Assembly (NCBI GenBank): GCA_018652595.1
Contig: JABIBU010000013.1
Span: 29,043-93,042 of the forward strand
Direction of reading: 5' to 3'
From: Candidatus Magasanikiibacteriota bacterium
Lineage (GTDB): Bacteria; Patescibacteriota; Patescibacteriia; Magasanikbacterales; UBA922
DNA length: 64,000 nt
Positions within the stretch are counted from its first letter, which is position 1; each line of letters begins with the position of its first letter. Below the pieces are notes generated by a model. It was not told where the DNA came from and did no database searches. It saw nothing but the letters and a program-made list of their open reading frames with translations. Positions 29,121 to 38,814 of the stretch are shown one piece after another. Made by a program: the position numbers and the translations under genes.

Positions 29121-29408
29121 CTAATGGATTACACGATCTGGCAAGCCTGTATGGGTCATAGCATCTGCACCAGTACCTAAAGCAGCCACGACCTCGACAC
29201 CCTCGCCGATCTGCTGATCAATCTTAGTGAAGAAAACAGCATCACCAGACGCGACCACCGACGACTGACCACTGCAGATAGAGCAGTCTAGTATCAGCTC
29301 CCCTCCGCAAGTGACACATGTAGTGTCTCCGGAGCACTTCTTGTCGAAAGTGCCAGGACAATCCACAATACCGGTGCCTGCACAACACCCGCACTCTTCT
29401 CTACGCAT
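29121..29408 (-). CDS. Orphan DnaJ-zinc-finger-like small protein
   Basis: CGCCAGTG, CVTCGG, CSICSGQ; promoter TTGACT-17-TATATT (29440-29468) and SD GGAGG before ATG 29408. Confidence 0.7.
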   Translation of the reverse strand: MRREECGCCAGTGIVDCPGTFDKKCSGDTTCVTCGGELILDCSICSGQSSVVASGDAVFFTKIDQQIGEGVEVVAALGTGADAMTHTGLPDRVIH

Positions 29409-29510
29409 ATTTTCCTCCATATGGTTCAGTTTAAAACCCAATATACCTCAAAAGCATAAAAAAGTCAATAACTTGATTTTTCTACCACTTTTTGGTATTA
29501 TATGTAAGAT

Positions 29511-30632
29511 ATGGTACTACCTATGGAATCACTAGACCTACTAAAAACAGCCATTGGTTTTGGCTTGTTTTCTTGTACTATCGCATTTTTGTGGGCACCA
29601 GCTCTTATAAAGGTGTTGTACAAATACAAAGTCACCCGTAGATCTGAATTTGATGCTACGCTCAATATAAAAAAGAAGGTCGGCACACCAATTATGGGTG
29701 GAATACTTATTATTGCCACTGTCGCAGTTATAACCCTTATTTTCAACTGGGAACGTGAATTTACTTGGGTGCCTATTGGTGTAATGTTATTAGCTGCCAC
29801 TCTTGGTGGTGTGGATGACTTGTTAAATATTTTTGGAAGAAAAAGAAGAAACAGAAAACTAAAGCAGATTTTAAAATTAATCCGTGTACACAAGAGCTTG
29901 AAACAACGTATCTGGCTCACAATTGGTCTGCCTTGGGCACTTTTTAAACGCAGCTCACTCTGGCTCGGATCTCATCCTGGTAAGGGCGTGCATGTACATG
30001 AAAAACTATTATTACAATTCGCAGCTGGTGCGATTACAGCTTGGTGGATTTATTTCAAACTTGGCGAGCACTGGCGCCAGATCCATATTCCTTTTGATGG
30101 CTATGTAGATATTGGCTGGTGGATTATTCCGCTTATTATTTTCTTTGTCATGTTTACCGCCAATGCAGTGAACGTCGCCGATGGTATGGATGGTCTGGCT
30201 GGTGGATCACTTACTCTTACTTTTGGCGCACTAACGATTCTTAGCTGGCTAAATGGTTATAACGAAATTGCAATCTTAAATGCCACCACTGCCGGCGCTC
30301 TAATCGCTTATACATATTTCAATATCAAACCAGCCAGATTTCAAATGGGAGATGTTGGGTCGCTTGGTTTGGGGGCCTTACTTGCTATTAATGCAATTGT
30401 GATAAACAAAATGCTCTTACTCCCCTTTCTCGCATTTATTTTTTATATAGAATTAACAAGTGTAGTTATACAAGTCTTTGGTCGCCATGTATTGGGCAGA
30501 AGGATTTTCAAAATGGCACCAATTCATCACCACTTTGAACTGCGAGGCTGGAGCGAAGAAAAAACTGTCATGAGATTTTGGATTATGCATGCGGCAGTTG
30601 TATTGTTAGGTCTTTGGATTGCATTATATTAG
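29511..30632 (+). CDS. mraY: MraY-family phospho-MurNAc-pentapeptide transferase with a basic insertion
   Basis: GTPIMGG, GGVDD, NAVNVADGMDGL, MGDVGS, MAPIHHHFE. Confidence 0.9.
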   Translation: MVLPMESLDLLKTAIGFGLFSCTIAFLWAPALIKVLYKYKVTRRSEFDATLNIKKKVGTPIMGGILIIATVAVITLIFNWEREFTWVPIGVMLLAATLGGVDDLLNIFGRKRRNRKLKQILKLIRVHKSLKQRIWLTIGLPWALFKRSSLWLGSHPGKGVHVHEKLLLQFAAGAITAWWIYFKLGEHWRQIHIPFDGYVDIGWWIIPLIIFFVMFTANAVNVADGMDGLAGGSLTLTFGALTILSWLNGYNEIAILNATTAGALIAYTYFNIKPARFQMGDVGSLGLGALLAINAIVINKMLLLPFLAFIFYIELTSVVIQVFGRHVLGRRIFKMAPIHHHFELRGWSEEKTVMRFWIMHAAVVLLGLWIALY

Positions 30633-30640
30633 CATTTTCT

Positions 30641-31294
30641 ATGTATCTAAAATGGAACGAACAAACTATAACGGACTTCTCTGACGAGAATATCAATTCC
30701 CTATACGACCAGGGCTTTTTGTTTGGACGCAATGGTAAAGGTGCAATCTATCAGACTAGAAGCCTACGGATTGATTTGAGTAAGTTTGAATTGTCGAGTG
30801 AGAATAAACGTATACTCAAAAAGACAGAGGACATAGGACATAGGACATATGACCTACCTTACGCTAAATACAATTGGGAGATAGGAAAAATGGGAAAAGA
30901 TTTTTATACTGAAAAATTTGGTGATGGCACTTTTTCTGCCAACAAGATAAAAGAACTTTTAACAACAGAATATAATTTTAATAAGCTCTTTGTTTATAAA
31001 AACGAAAAAGAAACTATTGGATATTCTATATGTTTTGAAAATGAAGAAATTTTGCATTACTCTTATCCATTTTATATCCTAAGTCCCAAGTCTTATGTCT
31101 TCAACCCAAATACAGGAATGTCCATGATGATTCAGGCCATAAATTATGCAAAAGAAAATAATAAAAAATTCATCTACCTCGGCTCAGCCAAAGATGAAAA
31201 AGCTAAATATAAACTCCAATTCAAAGGGCTAGAATGGTTTGATGGTGAGAAGTGGAGTGAAGATCTGGAGGAATTGAAAAGTATTTTGAAATAA
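30641..31294 (+). CDS. Aminoacyl-tRNA-dependent transferase-like (ATE/Bpt, GNAT fold) protein
   Basis: LYDQGF, RSLRIDL, KRILKK, FIYLG, KYKLQF resemble arginyl-tRNA-protein transferases. Confidence 0.6.
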   Translation: MYLKWNEQTITDFSDENINSLYDQGFLFGRNGKGAIYQTRSLRIDLSKFELSSENKRILKKTEDIGHRTYDLPYAKYNWEIGKMGKDFYTEKFGDGTFSANKIKELLTTEYNFNKLFVYKNEKETIGYSICFENEEILHYSYPFYILSPKSYVFNPNTGMSMMIQAINYAKENNKKFIYLGSAKDEKAKYKLQFKGLEWFDGEKWSEDLEELKSILK

Positions 31295-31295
31295 T

Positions 31296-31664
31296 ATGCA
31301 AAATAACGAACTGACTAGACTATCCAGAATAACTTTACTATTATCTATAATTTTTTTAATTTTGTCAGGATATTATTTTATGCAACCAAACCCAACAAAC
31401 ACCTGCCGCAGTGGTTGCGAAAACGATTTTAACTTTATAATTAATCCATTAAAAGGTTTTCGAAGTTCAGAGCCTTCGTCAAAAAAATTACCAAAACCAG
31501 CATTAGAGGATATTTCCAATAATATTGAAATGTGTCCACAAGTTTGTTTTATTCCAAAACATCCTTTATCCTACCTATTTTTTGATATAAGCATTATTTT
31601 ATCTGTAATTAGAGGCATATTGATTTTAAAAAATGCACAAGCTAATAAAAATGCACAAAAATAA
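31296..31664 (+). CDS. Hypothetical two-TM protein with a Cys-containing loop
   Basis: N- and C-terminal TM; CRSGC and CPQVC. Confidence 0.65.
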   Translation: MQNNELTRLSRITLLLSIIFLILSGYYFMQPNPTNTCRSGCENDFNFIINPLKGFRSSEPSSKKLPKPALEDISNNIEMCPQVCFIPKHPLSYLFFDISIILSVIRGILILKNAQANKNAQK

Positions 31665-33027
31665 AAAAATCCATTTCATCGGAATCTGCGGAGTTGCCAT
31701 GTCAGCTCTTGCTTTGGCTATGAAAAAAGCTGGTCACAATGTAACTGGATCTGACAAAGGAATATACCCACCAATCTCAACTTATTTGAAAGAAAGTGGA
31801 GTTGATTATTATACTGGCTGGCATCCTGAAAAGATGGGAAAGCCTGATCTGGTTGTAGTTGGCAATGTTGCCGGATCAACTAATCCCGAATGGCTACATG
31901 TACAAGAAAATAATTTAGAATACGTTTCTTATCCCGAGCTAATTGAAAAGTTTTTTATAAAAGAAAATTCCATCATTTGCTCTGGAACCTATGGCAAGAC
32001 CAGTTCCACAGCGCTCTTGACTTGGATTTTAAAACAGGCAAAACTAGATCCAACTTACATGTTCGGTGGAATTAGTTTAAATGATATTCCAGCGGCTAAC
32101 CTTACCAATTCAAAATATAATATTCTAGAAGGTGATGAATACAAATCCGCCCGCTGGGACTTGCAGGCAAAATTCTTCCACTATCATCCCACTCACCTAC
32201 TTCTTACTTCTTGCCAGTGGGATCACGCTGATGTTTATCCAACGGAAGAATCTTATTTTGATGCATTTCAGGAATTAATTAATGACATGCCTAAAAGTGG
32301 GCTTATTGTTGCTAGTGAAAAAATAAAAGACTCGAGATTGAGGATTAAAGATTATATGAGCTACGGACCATCTGATGATAGCGATTATCAGTATAAGAAT
32401 GTGATCGCAACAAAAGATGGCTTGGAATTTTCCATCATCAACAACTCTAAGACCTATAACCTAAAACCTAAAACCTTAGGCTCCTATATGGCCGACAACA
32501 TGACCGGAGCATTTGCCATGGCACATGAGCTCGGTATTGAGCCAGATGTAATAATAAAAGCTTTAGAAAGTTTTAAAAATATAAAAAGAAGACTAGAAAA
32601 AAAACTTGATGGCGACATTACAGTCTTCGACGATATTGCCCACTCACCTGATAAAGCAAAATCTGTTTTAGAGACCTTAAGAAAAATTTACAATGGAAAA
32701 ATTTTTGCAGTCTTCGAACCAAACTCTGGTAATCGCCAAGAAGAAAGTATCAGTGGCTATGATAATAAATTTAAACAAGCCGACGAAGCAATAATCCCCC
32801 GCCTAACTCATATAAAACGCGACCCAAACAAACCAGCACCACTGGATGGTGAAAAACTTACTGAAGTAATTTCCAAAACTCATAGTAATGCAAATTTTAT
32901 TAATGAAGACGAAAAGTTAATTAATTATTTAATAGAAAATACCACCCCCGGTGATGTGATAGTTTTTCTAGGATCACACGGATTTCGTGGAATGATAGAC
33001 CAGCTAGTAAGCAAATTAAGCATGTAA
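31651..33027 (+). CDS. mpl: Mur ligase, Mpl/MurC-like
   Basis: HFIGICGVAM, GTYGKTS, EGDEY, WDHADVY, DDIAHSP, FEP, GSHGF; could be a MurC orthologue. Confidence 0.8.
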   Translation: MHKNKKIHFIGICGVAMSALALAMKKAGHNVTGSDKGIYPPISTYLKESGVDYYTGWHPEKMGKPDLVVVGNVAGSTNPEWLHVQENNLEYVSYPELIEKFFIKENSIICSGTYGKTSSTALLTWILKQAKLDPTYMFGGISLNDIPAANLTNSKYNILEGDEYKSARWDLQAKFFHYHPTHLLLTSCQWDHADVYPTEESYFDAFQELINDMPKSGLIVASEKIKDSRLRIKDYMSYGPSDDSDYQYKNVIATKDGLEFSIINNSKTYNLKPKTLGSYMADNMTGAFAMAHELGIEPDVIIKALESFKNIKRRLEKKLDGDITVFDDIAHSPDKAKSVLETLRKIYNGKIFAVFEPNSGNRQEESISGYDNKFKQADEAIIPRLTHIKRDPNKPAPLDGEKLTEVISKTHSNANFINEDEKLINYLIENTTPGDVIVFLGSHGFRGMIDQLVSKLSM

Positions 33028-33093
33028 GCAAATTAAGCATCTTAAACCATATGCTTATTCTGCTTATTACTTAATCTGCCTAATCTACTTAAT
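33008..33093. repeat. Gene-less inverted pair of TAAGCA / TGCTTA tandem arrays
   Basis: TAAGCAAAT TAAGCATG TAAGCAAAT TAAGCAT ... TGCTTATTC TGCTTAT TACTTAATC TGCCTAATC TACTTAAT. Confidence 0.85.
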
Positions 33094-33094
33094 T

Positions 33095-33652
33095 ATGAAA
33101 ATACCTAAAGAAGCAAAAAAAGTATTCGACGGAGTAATTTTCGATGTGTATCAATGGGAGCAAGAAATGTTTGATGGGAGCAAGGCAACTTTTGAACGAA
33201 TACATCGTGCACCATCAGTCGAATGTATCGCAATTGTTGACAATAAAATAATCACACTAGAACAAGCCCAGCCAAATAGAGACTGGTATCCCAGTCTACC
33301 AGGTGGTAGAATCGACGAGGGCGAAGAACCAGCACAAGCAATCGCTCGAGAACTTTTGGAAGAGACTGGTTATACTGCCGAATCATTTGAATTATACCGA
33401 GAGTATTCGGGAACATCAAAAATTCATTTTCCCGAATATATATTCATAGCACGAAATTGTAAAAAAATAACCGAGCAAGATATAGATAGTGGAGAAAAAA
33501 TAAATGTGAAACTATCTACTTTTGATGAATTCTTAAATATCTTTCGCAATGAACTTTGTGCAACATCGATATATTTAAAATTTGAAATATACGAAGCCTT
33601 GCTTGATGAAAAAAAGATAGCTAACCTAAAAAAGGAAATTTTTCAAAAATAA
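33095..33652 (+). CDS. Nudix hydrolase (ADP-ribose pyrophosphatase-like)
   Basis: PGGRIDEGEEPAQAIARELLEETGY. Confidence 0.92.
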   Translation: MKIPKEAKKVFDGVIFDVYQWEQEMFDGSKATFERIHRAPSVECIAIVDNKIITLEQAQPNRDWYPSLPGGRIDEGEEPAQAIARELLEETGYTAESFELYREYSGTSKIHFPEYIFIARNCKKITEQDIDSGEKINVKLSTFDEFLNIFRNELCATSIYLKFEIYEALLDEKKIANLKKEIFQK

Positions 33653-33706
33653 AACACAGATCAATATAATCTGTGTAATCTTTAAAAATCTGTCTAAATC
33701 AGTGTA

Positions 33707-33868
33707 TTATTTCCCCTCATCCACAATCTCTGTCTGAACTTCGTCTCCAGCCTCAGTAACAAGCAAAGAAATACCGCAAACATTGCACTCTACAACCTGA
33801 TCTTTTGCTAAATTTGGATAAGGAGTAAGATCCACCTCATTTTTACACTCGGGACAAACTAGTTTCAT
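33707..33868 (-). CDS. LysW-like zinc-ribbon amino-group carrier protein (53 aa), absent from the ORF track
   Basis: MKLVCPECKNEVDLTPYPNLAKDQVVECNVCGISLLVTEAGDEVQTEIVDEGK. Confidence 0.8.
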   Translation of the reverse strand: MKLVCPECKNEVDLTPYPNLAKDQVVECNVCGISLLVTEAGDEVQTEIVDEGK

Positions 33869-33930
33869 AATAGTAAAGTTAATAGTAATGTGATAATATA
33901 GTACAATAAAATAGTAAATTTTGCAAATCT

Positions 33931-34848
33931 ATGAAAACAATTCAAATGCCGTATAGTAAGCTGGCTCAGGCTCTGGGGGTAAAAGATGTTTATCTCAAGC
34001 GCGAGGACCAACACAAATACGGATCGCACAAAGGCAGGTCTATTCCTGTCATGATAAAAAAATACTTCAAGGAAGACGACAGCCGTAACTTTGTAATCTC
34101 TTCTTCTGGTAATGCAGCTCTCGCAGCTGTCCATGCCGTACAAGTTCATAATCATAATAATCCAGAAAAAATAAAACTGACTGTTTTTGTTGGACAAAAT
34201 ATTAATCCGCAAAAAATGAAAAACCTAATGAATACGATTATTGATGCAAATATAAAAATCGAACAAGTAGAAAGACCAAAACAGACTGCTTTTCAAATTG
34301 AAAAAGAAGGAAGCTCTAGAAATCTACGTCAATCTACTGATAACAATGCACTACTCGGTTATTATGAGCTAGCCCAAGAGCTAGATAGCATTCCAAACCT
34401 ATCTGCTGTATTTATACCAACATCTTCCGGCACTACAGCACAAGGAATGGCGGAAGCATTTTTGGGTGAAAGCTATCTCACTCTAGATCAAAAACCGCAA
34501 ATACACATTGTCCAAACTACCACCTGCAATCCAATAGCTTCAATGCTTGTAAAAGATGGCTCTGTGTCACCATCTACGACTGACTCAATAAAATCCATTG
34601 CCGGAGCCATAGTAGACAAAATAGCTCACCGCAAAGATAGAGTGGTGGAATTAATAAAAAAATCCGAAGGTGCTGGTTGGATTGTAACTAATGAAGAAAT
34701 AAAAGATGCCCAAAAACTAGTGAAACAAACCACAAGTCTTCAAATCTCTACCAACAGCGCCTTGTCTGTTGCCGGATTAAAAAAAGCCAAAGACAATGGC
34801 TTTGGCTGGGGTGATGGTGTGGTTGTTTGTTTGGTTACTGGAATGTAA
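33931..34848 (+). CDS. PLP-dependent fold-type II enzyme (threonine synthase/dehydratase-like)
   Basis: YLKRED..GSHKGR, SSSGNAA, PTSSGTT, VTG. Confidence 0.88.
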   Translation: MKTIQMPYSKLAQALGVKDVYLKREDQHKYGSHKGRSIPVMIKKYFKEDDSRNFVISSSGNAALAAVHAVQVHNHNNPEKIKLTVFVGQNINPQKMKNLMNTIIDANIKIEQVERPKQTAFQIEKEGSSRNLRQSTDNNALLGYYELAQELDSIPNLSAVFIPTSSGTTAQGMAEAFLGESYLTLDQKPQIHIVQTTTCNPIASMLVKDGSVSPSTTDSIKSIAGAIVDKIAHRKDRVVELIKKSEGAGWIVTNEEIKDAQKLVKQTTSLQISTNSALSVAGLKKAKDNGFGWGDGVVVCLVTGM

Positions 34849-35724
34849 TTAGCGCGTTACCATCTTCCAAGCAACATTAAAAGCTATTGGCAAAATCAAA
34901 AATAAAATTAACCAAATCATAATAGCAATCCAGACAAGCCTAAAGCTTGTCTTTTTTGATAATTTTTTTATTGGAAGAGGAATCTTGGTCACATAACCTT
35001 TTTTCATTTTATAAAACAAATGCGGTATGAAAAATGCCTGAATAGCAGCAAACACACATCAGACAGAAGGACTATCTTGCAAAACATTAAAACTAGTTAG
35101 TATATCTCGTGAACAAACTATTCCGGCCTTATTGATAAAAGCAGACAAAAATGCGTAGCCCAAAGATAGTAAAAAAGAAATATTCAAAATTGCAAAAGTA
35201 GCCCACAATAGCAATCTTTTGTTCTCATGAACAGGACTAATTTTTCTAACATAAAAAACACAAACATTCCAATAAATAAACAAAATCATCCAAGCACTCG
35301 CCCAAATAATATGCGAATGACCTCTCACCCAAAAATGGTAATTCTCAAAAGTCATGTCGTTCAAGAACATACCCAAGCCCACCAAAGCAATAATAACAAC
35401 AAAAATCTTACTACCAAAATTTATTTTGGTCAAAATCTCCAGCCCTTTCATAAAAAAATACATGGCTGAGATAGACGTAATCAGACCTATTTTATAGACT
35501 ATATTACTTCCAGTATATATAGCAAAAAATTCCATCAACTGATGACCAGCTATACAAGCATAACCAATTATAATATATCTGAAAAAAGAAATTAGTCTTT
35601 TATCTGCCAAAGCTTTTTTAATCTTAGTCTTAGTACTACCCCAAACATATTTCCACCAAGAATAACTACATCCACTGGCTATGACTGAACCAACTACTAA
35701 TGAAACTTCTTTGCTATAACACAT
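34849..35724 (-). pseudogene. Multi-TM membrane protein interrupted by a single in-frame TGA (35059-35061)
   Basis: ...QDSPSV-TGA-CVFAAIQAFF... the frame continues to 34849. Confidence 0.65.
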
Positions 35725-35737
35725 AATTTTTTATTAA

Positions 35738-36397
35738 TTACAGGGCAATAGACACACTGACAATATTCTCTCCTTCTTGCTTTTCGCTCTTCTTCCCTTT
35801 TTTGATATAATAATTTTCTTCTAAATCAAACTTGGCTTCGGCGAACAAACTTTCAAGTTCATCCAAATCAAAAGCATGATAAAAACGCTCACCAAGAACT
35901 TTGCCTTCTGGGTTTTTGTATGGCACAGTAAAATCCTTTTCAAAGCGTTTATACTTACCCTTTTCTACCTGCTCGCTTCCCCATTTGCCCAGCAAATTCC
36001 AATTAGTCATCACAAGCCTTCCACCTGGCTTTAAGACTCTTCGCATCTCAGCTAAGACTTTCAATCTATCCTCAGCATTGGCCAGATGATGAAAGGCGGC
36101 AATTGAATAAATAACATCATAGCTATCATCTGGAAAAGGTAACTCTCTCATATCTCCCACACTAAAATCAACTCCAGGAAACTTTTCCCAAGCCCTTTTG
36201 ATCAATTCCTCGCTTTGATCAAGTCCTATGTAGTGAATTGACATACCATCAAAAAGCTGGTATAATCTACCATTCCCACAACACAGGTCTAAAACTTTGT
36301 CTCCATCTCTGGTATACTTAGCCAGAGGCTTGAGATCATCCCAGAGATATTGACGGGTACTACTAAATTCTTGAGCAAAATTATTATATACTGACAT
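35738..36397 (-). CDS. SAM-dependent methyltransferase, Trm9/ALKBH8-like
   Basis: VYNNFAQEFSSTR, DLCCGNGR, SIAAFHHL..DR, LKPGG, RFYHAF..EL. Confidence 0.8.
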   Translation of the reverse strand: MSVYNNFAQEFSSTRQYLWDDLKPLAKYTRDGDKVLDLCCGNGRLYQLFDGMSIHYIGLDQSEELIKRAWEKFPGVDFSVGDMRELPFPDDSYDVIYSIAAFHHLANAEDRLKVLAEMRRVLKPGGRLVMTNWNLLGKWGSEQVEKGKYKRFEKDFTVPYKNPEGKVLGERFYHAFDLDELESLFAEAKFDLEENYYIKKGKKSEKQEGENIVSVSIAL

Positions 36398-36400
36398 ACT

Positions 36401-38053
36401 ATGAGTGAATTTGAAAAAATTATTTTAAAGATTATTAATAAAAAGCCTAAATCCAAGGCTGAGTTTGATGATATCCGTAGAAAAGTTTGTAATTCACTAA
36501 AAATTCCTCAAGTATCAAATCGCAACCTACTACAATCATATCAAAATTTAGTAAAAAAGAAAAGAGTAAAAGCTGATAAGCAATTAGAATTCTTCATGCG
36601 AAAAGCTGGGATTCGCACTCTATCTGGTGTGGTAATAGTTACTTCACTAACAAAACCATATGCCTGCCCGGGCAAATGCATCTACTGCCCAAGTGAAGCT
36701 CGCATGCCAAAAAGCTATCTATCTTCCGAACCAGCCGCTGCCAGAGCTTTGAATTTGGCATTCGATCCATATCAGCAAATGGTCAAACGAATTGATATGC
36801 TAAAAAAATCCTCTCATCCGACTGACAAGATTGAGTATATTATAAAAGGTGGCTCGTGGAATTTTTATCCGCTGAAATATCAGTACTGGTTTATTTTAGA
36901 ATCATTTCGTGCTTGTAATAATCTCACCCGTAGCAAAAAACAAAAAAAATATCCGCAAACTTCTACACTTAAAAACTTACAAACTAATCTTGAAAAAGAA
37001 CAGAATTATAATGATAAAAAAGCCAAGCACAAAATAATCGGTTTAACTCTCGAAACTCGCCCTGATCTAGTCACTCCTGAATCAATCTTTCACATGCGTC
37101 AAATGGGTTGCACCAGAATAGAGCTAGGATTACAAGCTCCTGATGATAAAATTTTAGAGCTTACCAAGCGCGGACATACAGTCCAACAGTTCAAAGATGC
37201 CATGCACTTACTTCGCCAAGCTGGTTTTAAGGTGGACTTACACTTTATGCCAGACTTGCCTGGTAGTAACGCAAAACATGATGTAGAAATGTACAAAATG
37301 CTTTTTTCTGATCCCGGATTCAAACCCGACATGATAAAAATATATCCTTGTACAGTTATTAAATCTGCCCCACTTTATAAATGGATCAAAGCTGGCAAAT
37401 ACAAACCATACTCTGAAAAAAAATTATTTGAAGCTTTGATTGAAATGAAGTCAGCTACTCCAGGCTACTGTAGAATTTCCCGCCTAATCCGCGATATTCC
37501 TACTCCAGATATAGAAGCTGGAAATATGATTACCAACTTACGCGAATACTTGAACTCTGAAATGAAAAAACGAGGTCTTAAGTGTGAATGCCTGCGCTGC
37601 CGAGAAGTCGGACATGTTAGCAAGTTGGCAAGTACTCAGATTAGCAAGTTGATACCAAAACTATTTGTCGATAAATATGAAACAACTGGCGGTGATGAAT
37701 ATTTTTTAAGCTTTGAAGATAGTGAACGACAAGTCGTCTTTGCATTCCTTCGTTTACGCATACCATATTCTACATCTGATATTTTAAATTCAAAACTCCC
37801 TGAGATAAAAGATTCTGCCTTCATCAGAGAGCTCCACACTTACGGTCAACTCCTCGACGTAGGCAAGCAAGACAAAAAATCCAGCCAACACAAGGGCATG
37901 GGCAAGAAACTAGTTCTTGAAGCGGAAAAAATTGCTAAGAAAAATGGTTTTGAAAAATTAGCTGTAATTTCTGGGGTTGGAGTGCGGGGATACTATAGGA
38001 AACTGAAATATCGAAAGCAAGGGACATATATGGTAAAAACAAGCCAAAACTGA
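36401..38053 (+). CDS. elp3: Elp3 tRNA U34 carboxymethyltransferase (radical SAM + GNAT)
   Basis: RTLSGV, CPGKCIYCP, ETRPD, RLIRDIP, CLRCRE, RELHTYG, QHKGMG, ISGVGVRGYY. Confidence 0.93.
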   Translation: MSEFEKIILKIINKKPKSKAEFDDIRRKVCNSLKIPQVSNRNLLQSYQNLVKKKRVKADKQLEFFMRKAGIRTLSGVVIVTSLTKPYACPGKCIYCPSEARMPKSYLSSEPAAARALNLAFDPYQQMVKRIDMLKKSSHPTDKIEYIIKGGSWNFYPLKYQYWFILESFRACNNLTRSKKQKKYPQTSTLKNLQTNLEKEQNYNDKKAKHKIIGLTLETRPDLVTPESIFHMRQMGCTRIELGLQAPDDKILELTKRGHTVQQFKDAMHLLRQAGFKVDLHFMPDLPGSNAKHDVEMYKMLFSDPGFKPDMIKIYPCTVIKSAPLYKWIKAGKYKPYSEKKLFEALIEMKSATPGYCRISRLIRDIPTPDIEAGNMITNLREYLNSEMKKRGLKCECLRCREVGHVSKLASTQISKLIPKLFVDKYETTGGDEYFLSFEDSERQVVFAFLRLRIPYSTSDILNSKLPEIKDSAFIRELHTYGQLLDVGKQDKKSSQHKGMGKKLVLEAEKIAKKNGFEKLAVISGVGVRGYYRKLKYRKQGTYMVKTSQN

Positions 38054-38067
38054 TAGAATATATACAT

Positions 38068-38382
38068 ATGAATTTTTATTTACTACTTGCTGCCCTATTA
38101 GTGTTTGACCTGATAGGACTATCTCTAGCAAAAATATGGAGCATCAAGCCAACACCTGCCTATTTGATTTTAACAGTTATATCGTATGCTATCATGGCTG
38201 TATTTTTGACTTTTAGCTTAAAATACGAAGGTGTCGCTATTACCAATATCATATGGGTAGCGCTATCAATAATCGGCATGACCCTAATTGGATATTTTGT
38301 ATTTAATGAAAGTATTACAGCACTTCAATTTGCTGGAATAGGCATAATTATAATTGGCATAACACTTATACAAATAAAGTAA
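38068..38382 (+). CDS. SMR/DMT-family small membrane transporter
   Basis: 104 aa, 4 TM, FNESIT..GIGIII. Confidence 0.8.
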   Translation: MNFYLLLAALLVFDLIGLSLAKIWSIKPTPAYLILTVISYAIMAVFLTFSLKYEGVAITNIIWVALSIIGMTLIGYFVFNESITALQFAGIGIIIIGITLIQIK

Positions 38383-38383
38383 T

Positions 38384-38767
38384 ATGAAAACAATAATCGC
38401 CTCTGGCCCAGTTATAATTGAAAATGGAAAGGTTTTACTAGATAAGGAGCAAAAAGTTGGTCATATTACAAATTGGCTTTTTCCTGGTGGCAAAAAAGAA
38501 AATGACGAAATGCCAGAAGAAACTTGCAAGCGCGAGGTGATGGAAGAATTAGGAATAGAAATAAAGATAGTTAAACAACTAGAAACAATTGAACGAGAAA
38601 AAGATGGCGTCATGTGGACCTTACACCATTTTTTAGCAGAACGAGTCGGTGAAATTAAAATTGGTGATGATGTGGTAGAGTATGGTTGGTTTGACATTGA
38701 GAGCCTACCTGATAATTGCTCCCCTAACGTATATAAAATAATCGAAGAATACAAAAATATGTTATAA
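38384..38767 (+). CDS. Nudix hydrolase (MutT-like)
   Basis: FPGGKKENDEMPEETCKREVMEELG. Confidence 0.9.
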   Translation: MKTIIASGPVIIENGKVLLDKEQKVGHITNWLFPGGKKENDEMPEETCKREVMEELGIEIKIVKQLETIEREKDGVMWTLHHFLAERVGEIKIGDDVVEYGWFDIESLPDNCSPNVYKIIEEYKNML

Positions 38768-38814
38768 ATTAAGTGAGTCTAACACCTATAACCTAATACC
38801 CATAACCTATTTTT

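Noticed and set aside
31628-31662. Tandem AAAAATGCACAA duplication at the mpl start as a target-site duplication
   Set aside because: The copies are only 18 nt apart and do not flank the upstream gene; a local duplication is enough to explain it.
35059-35061. Genetic code 25 or code 4 (TGA reassigned)
   Set aside because: Long genes translate intact in code 11 and TGA terminates elp3 and comEC; only one internal TGA was noticed.
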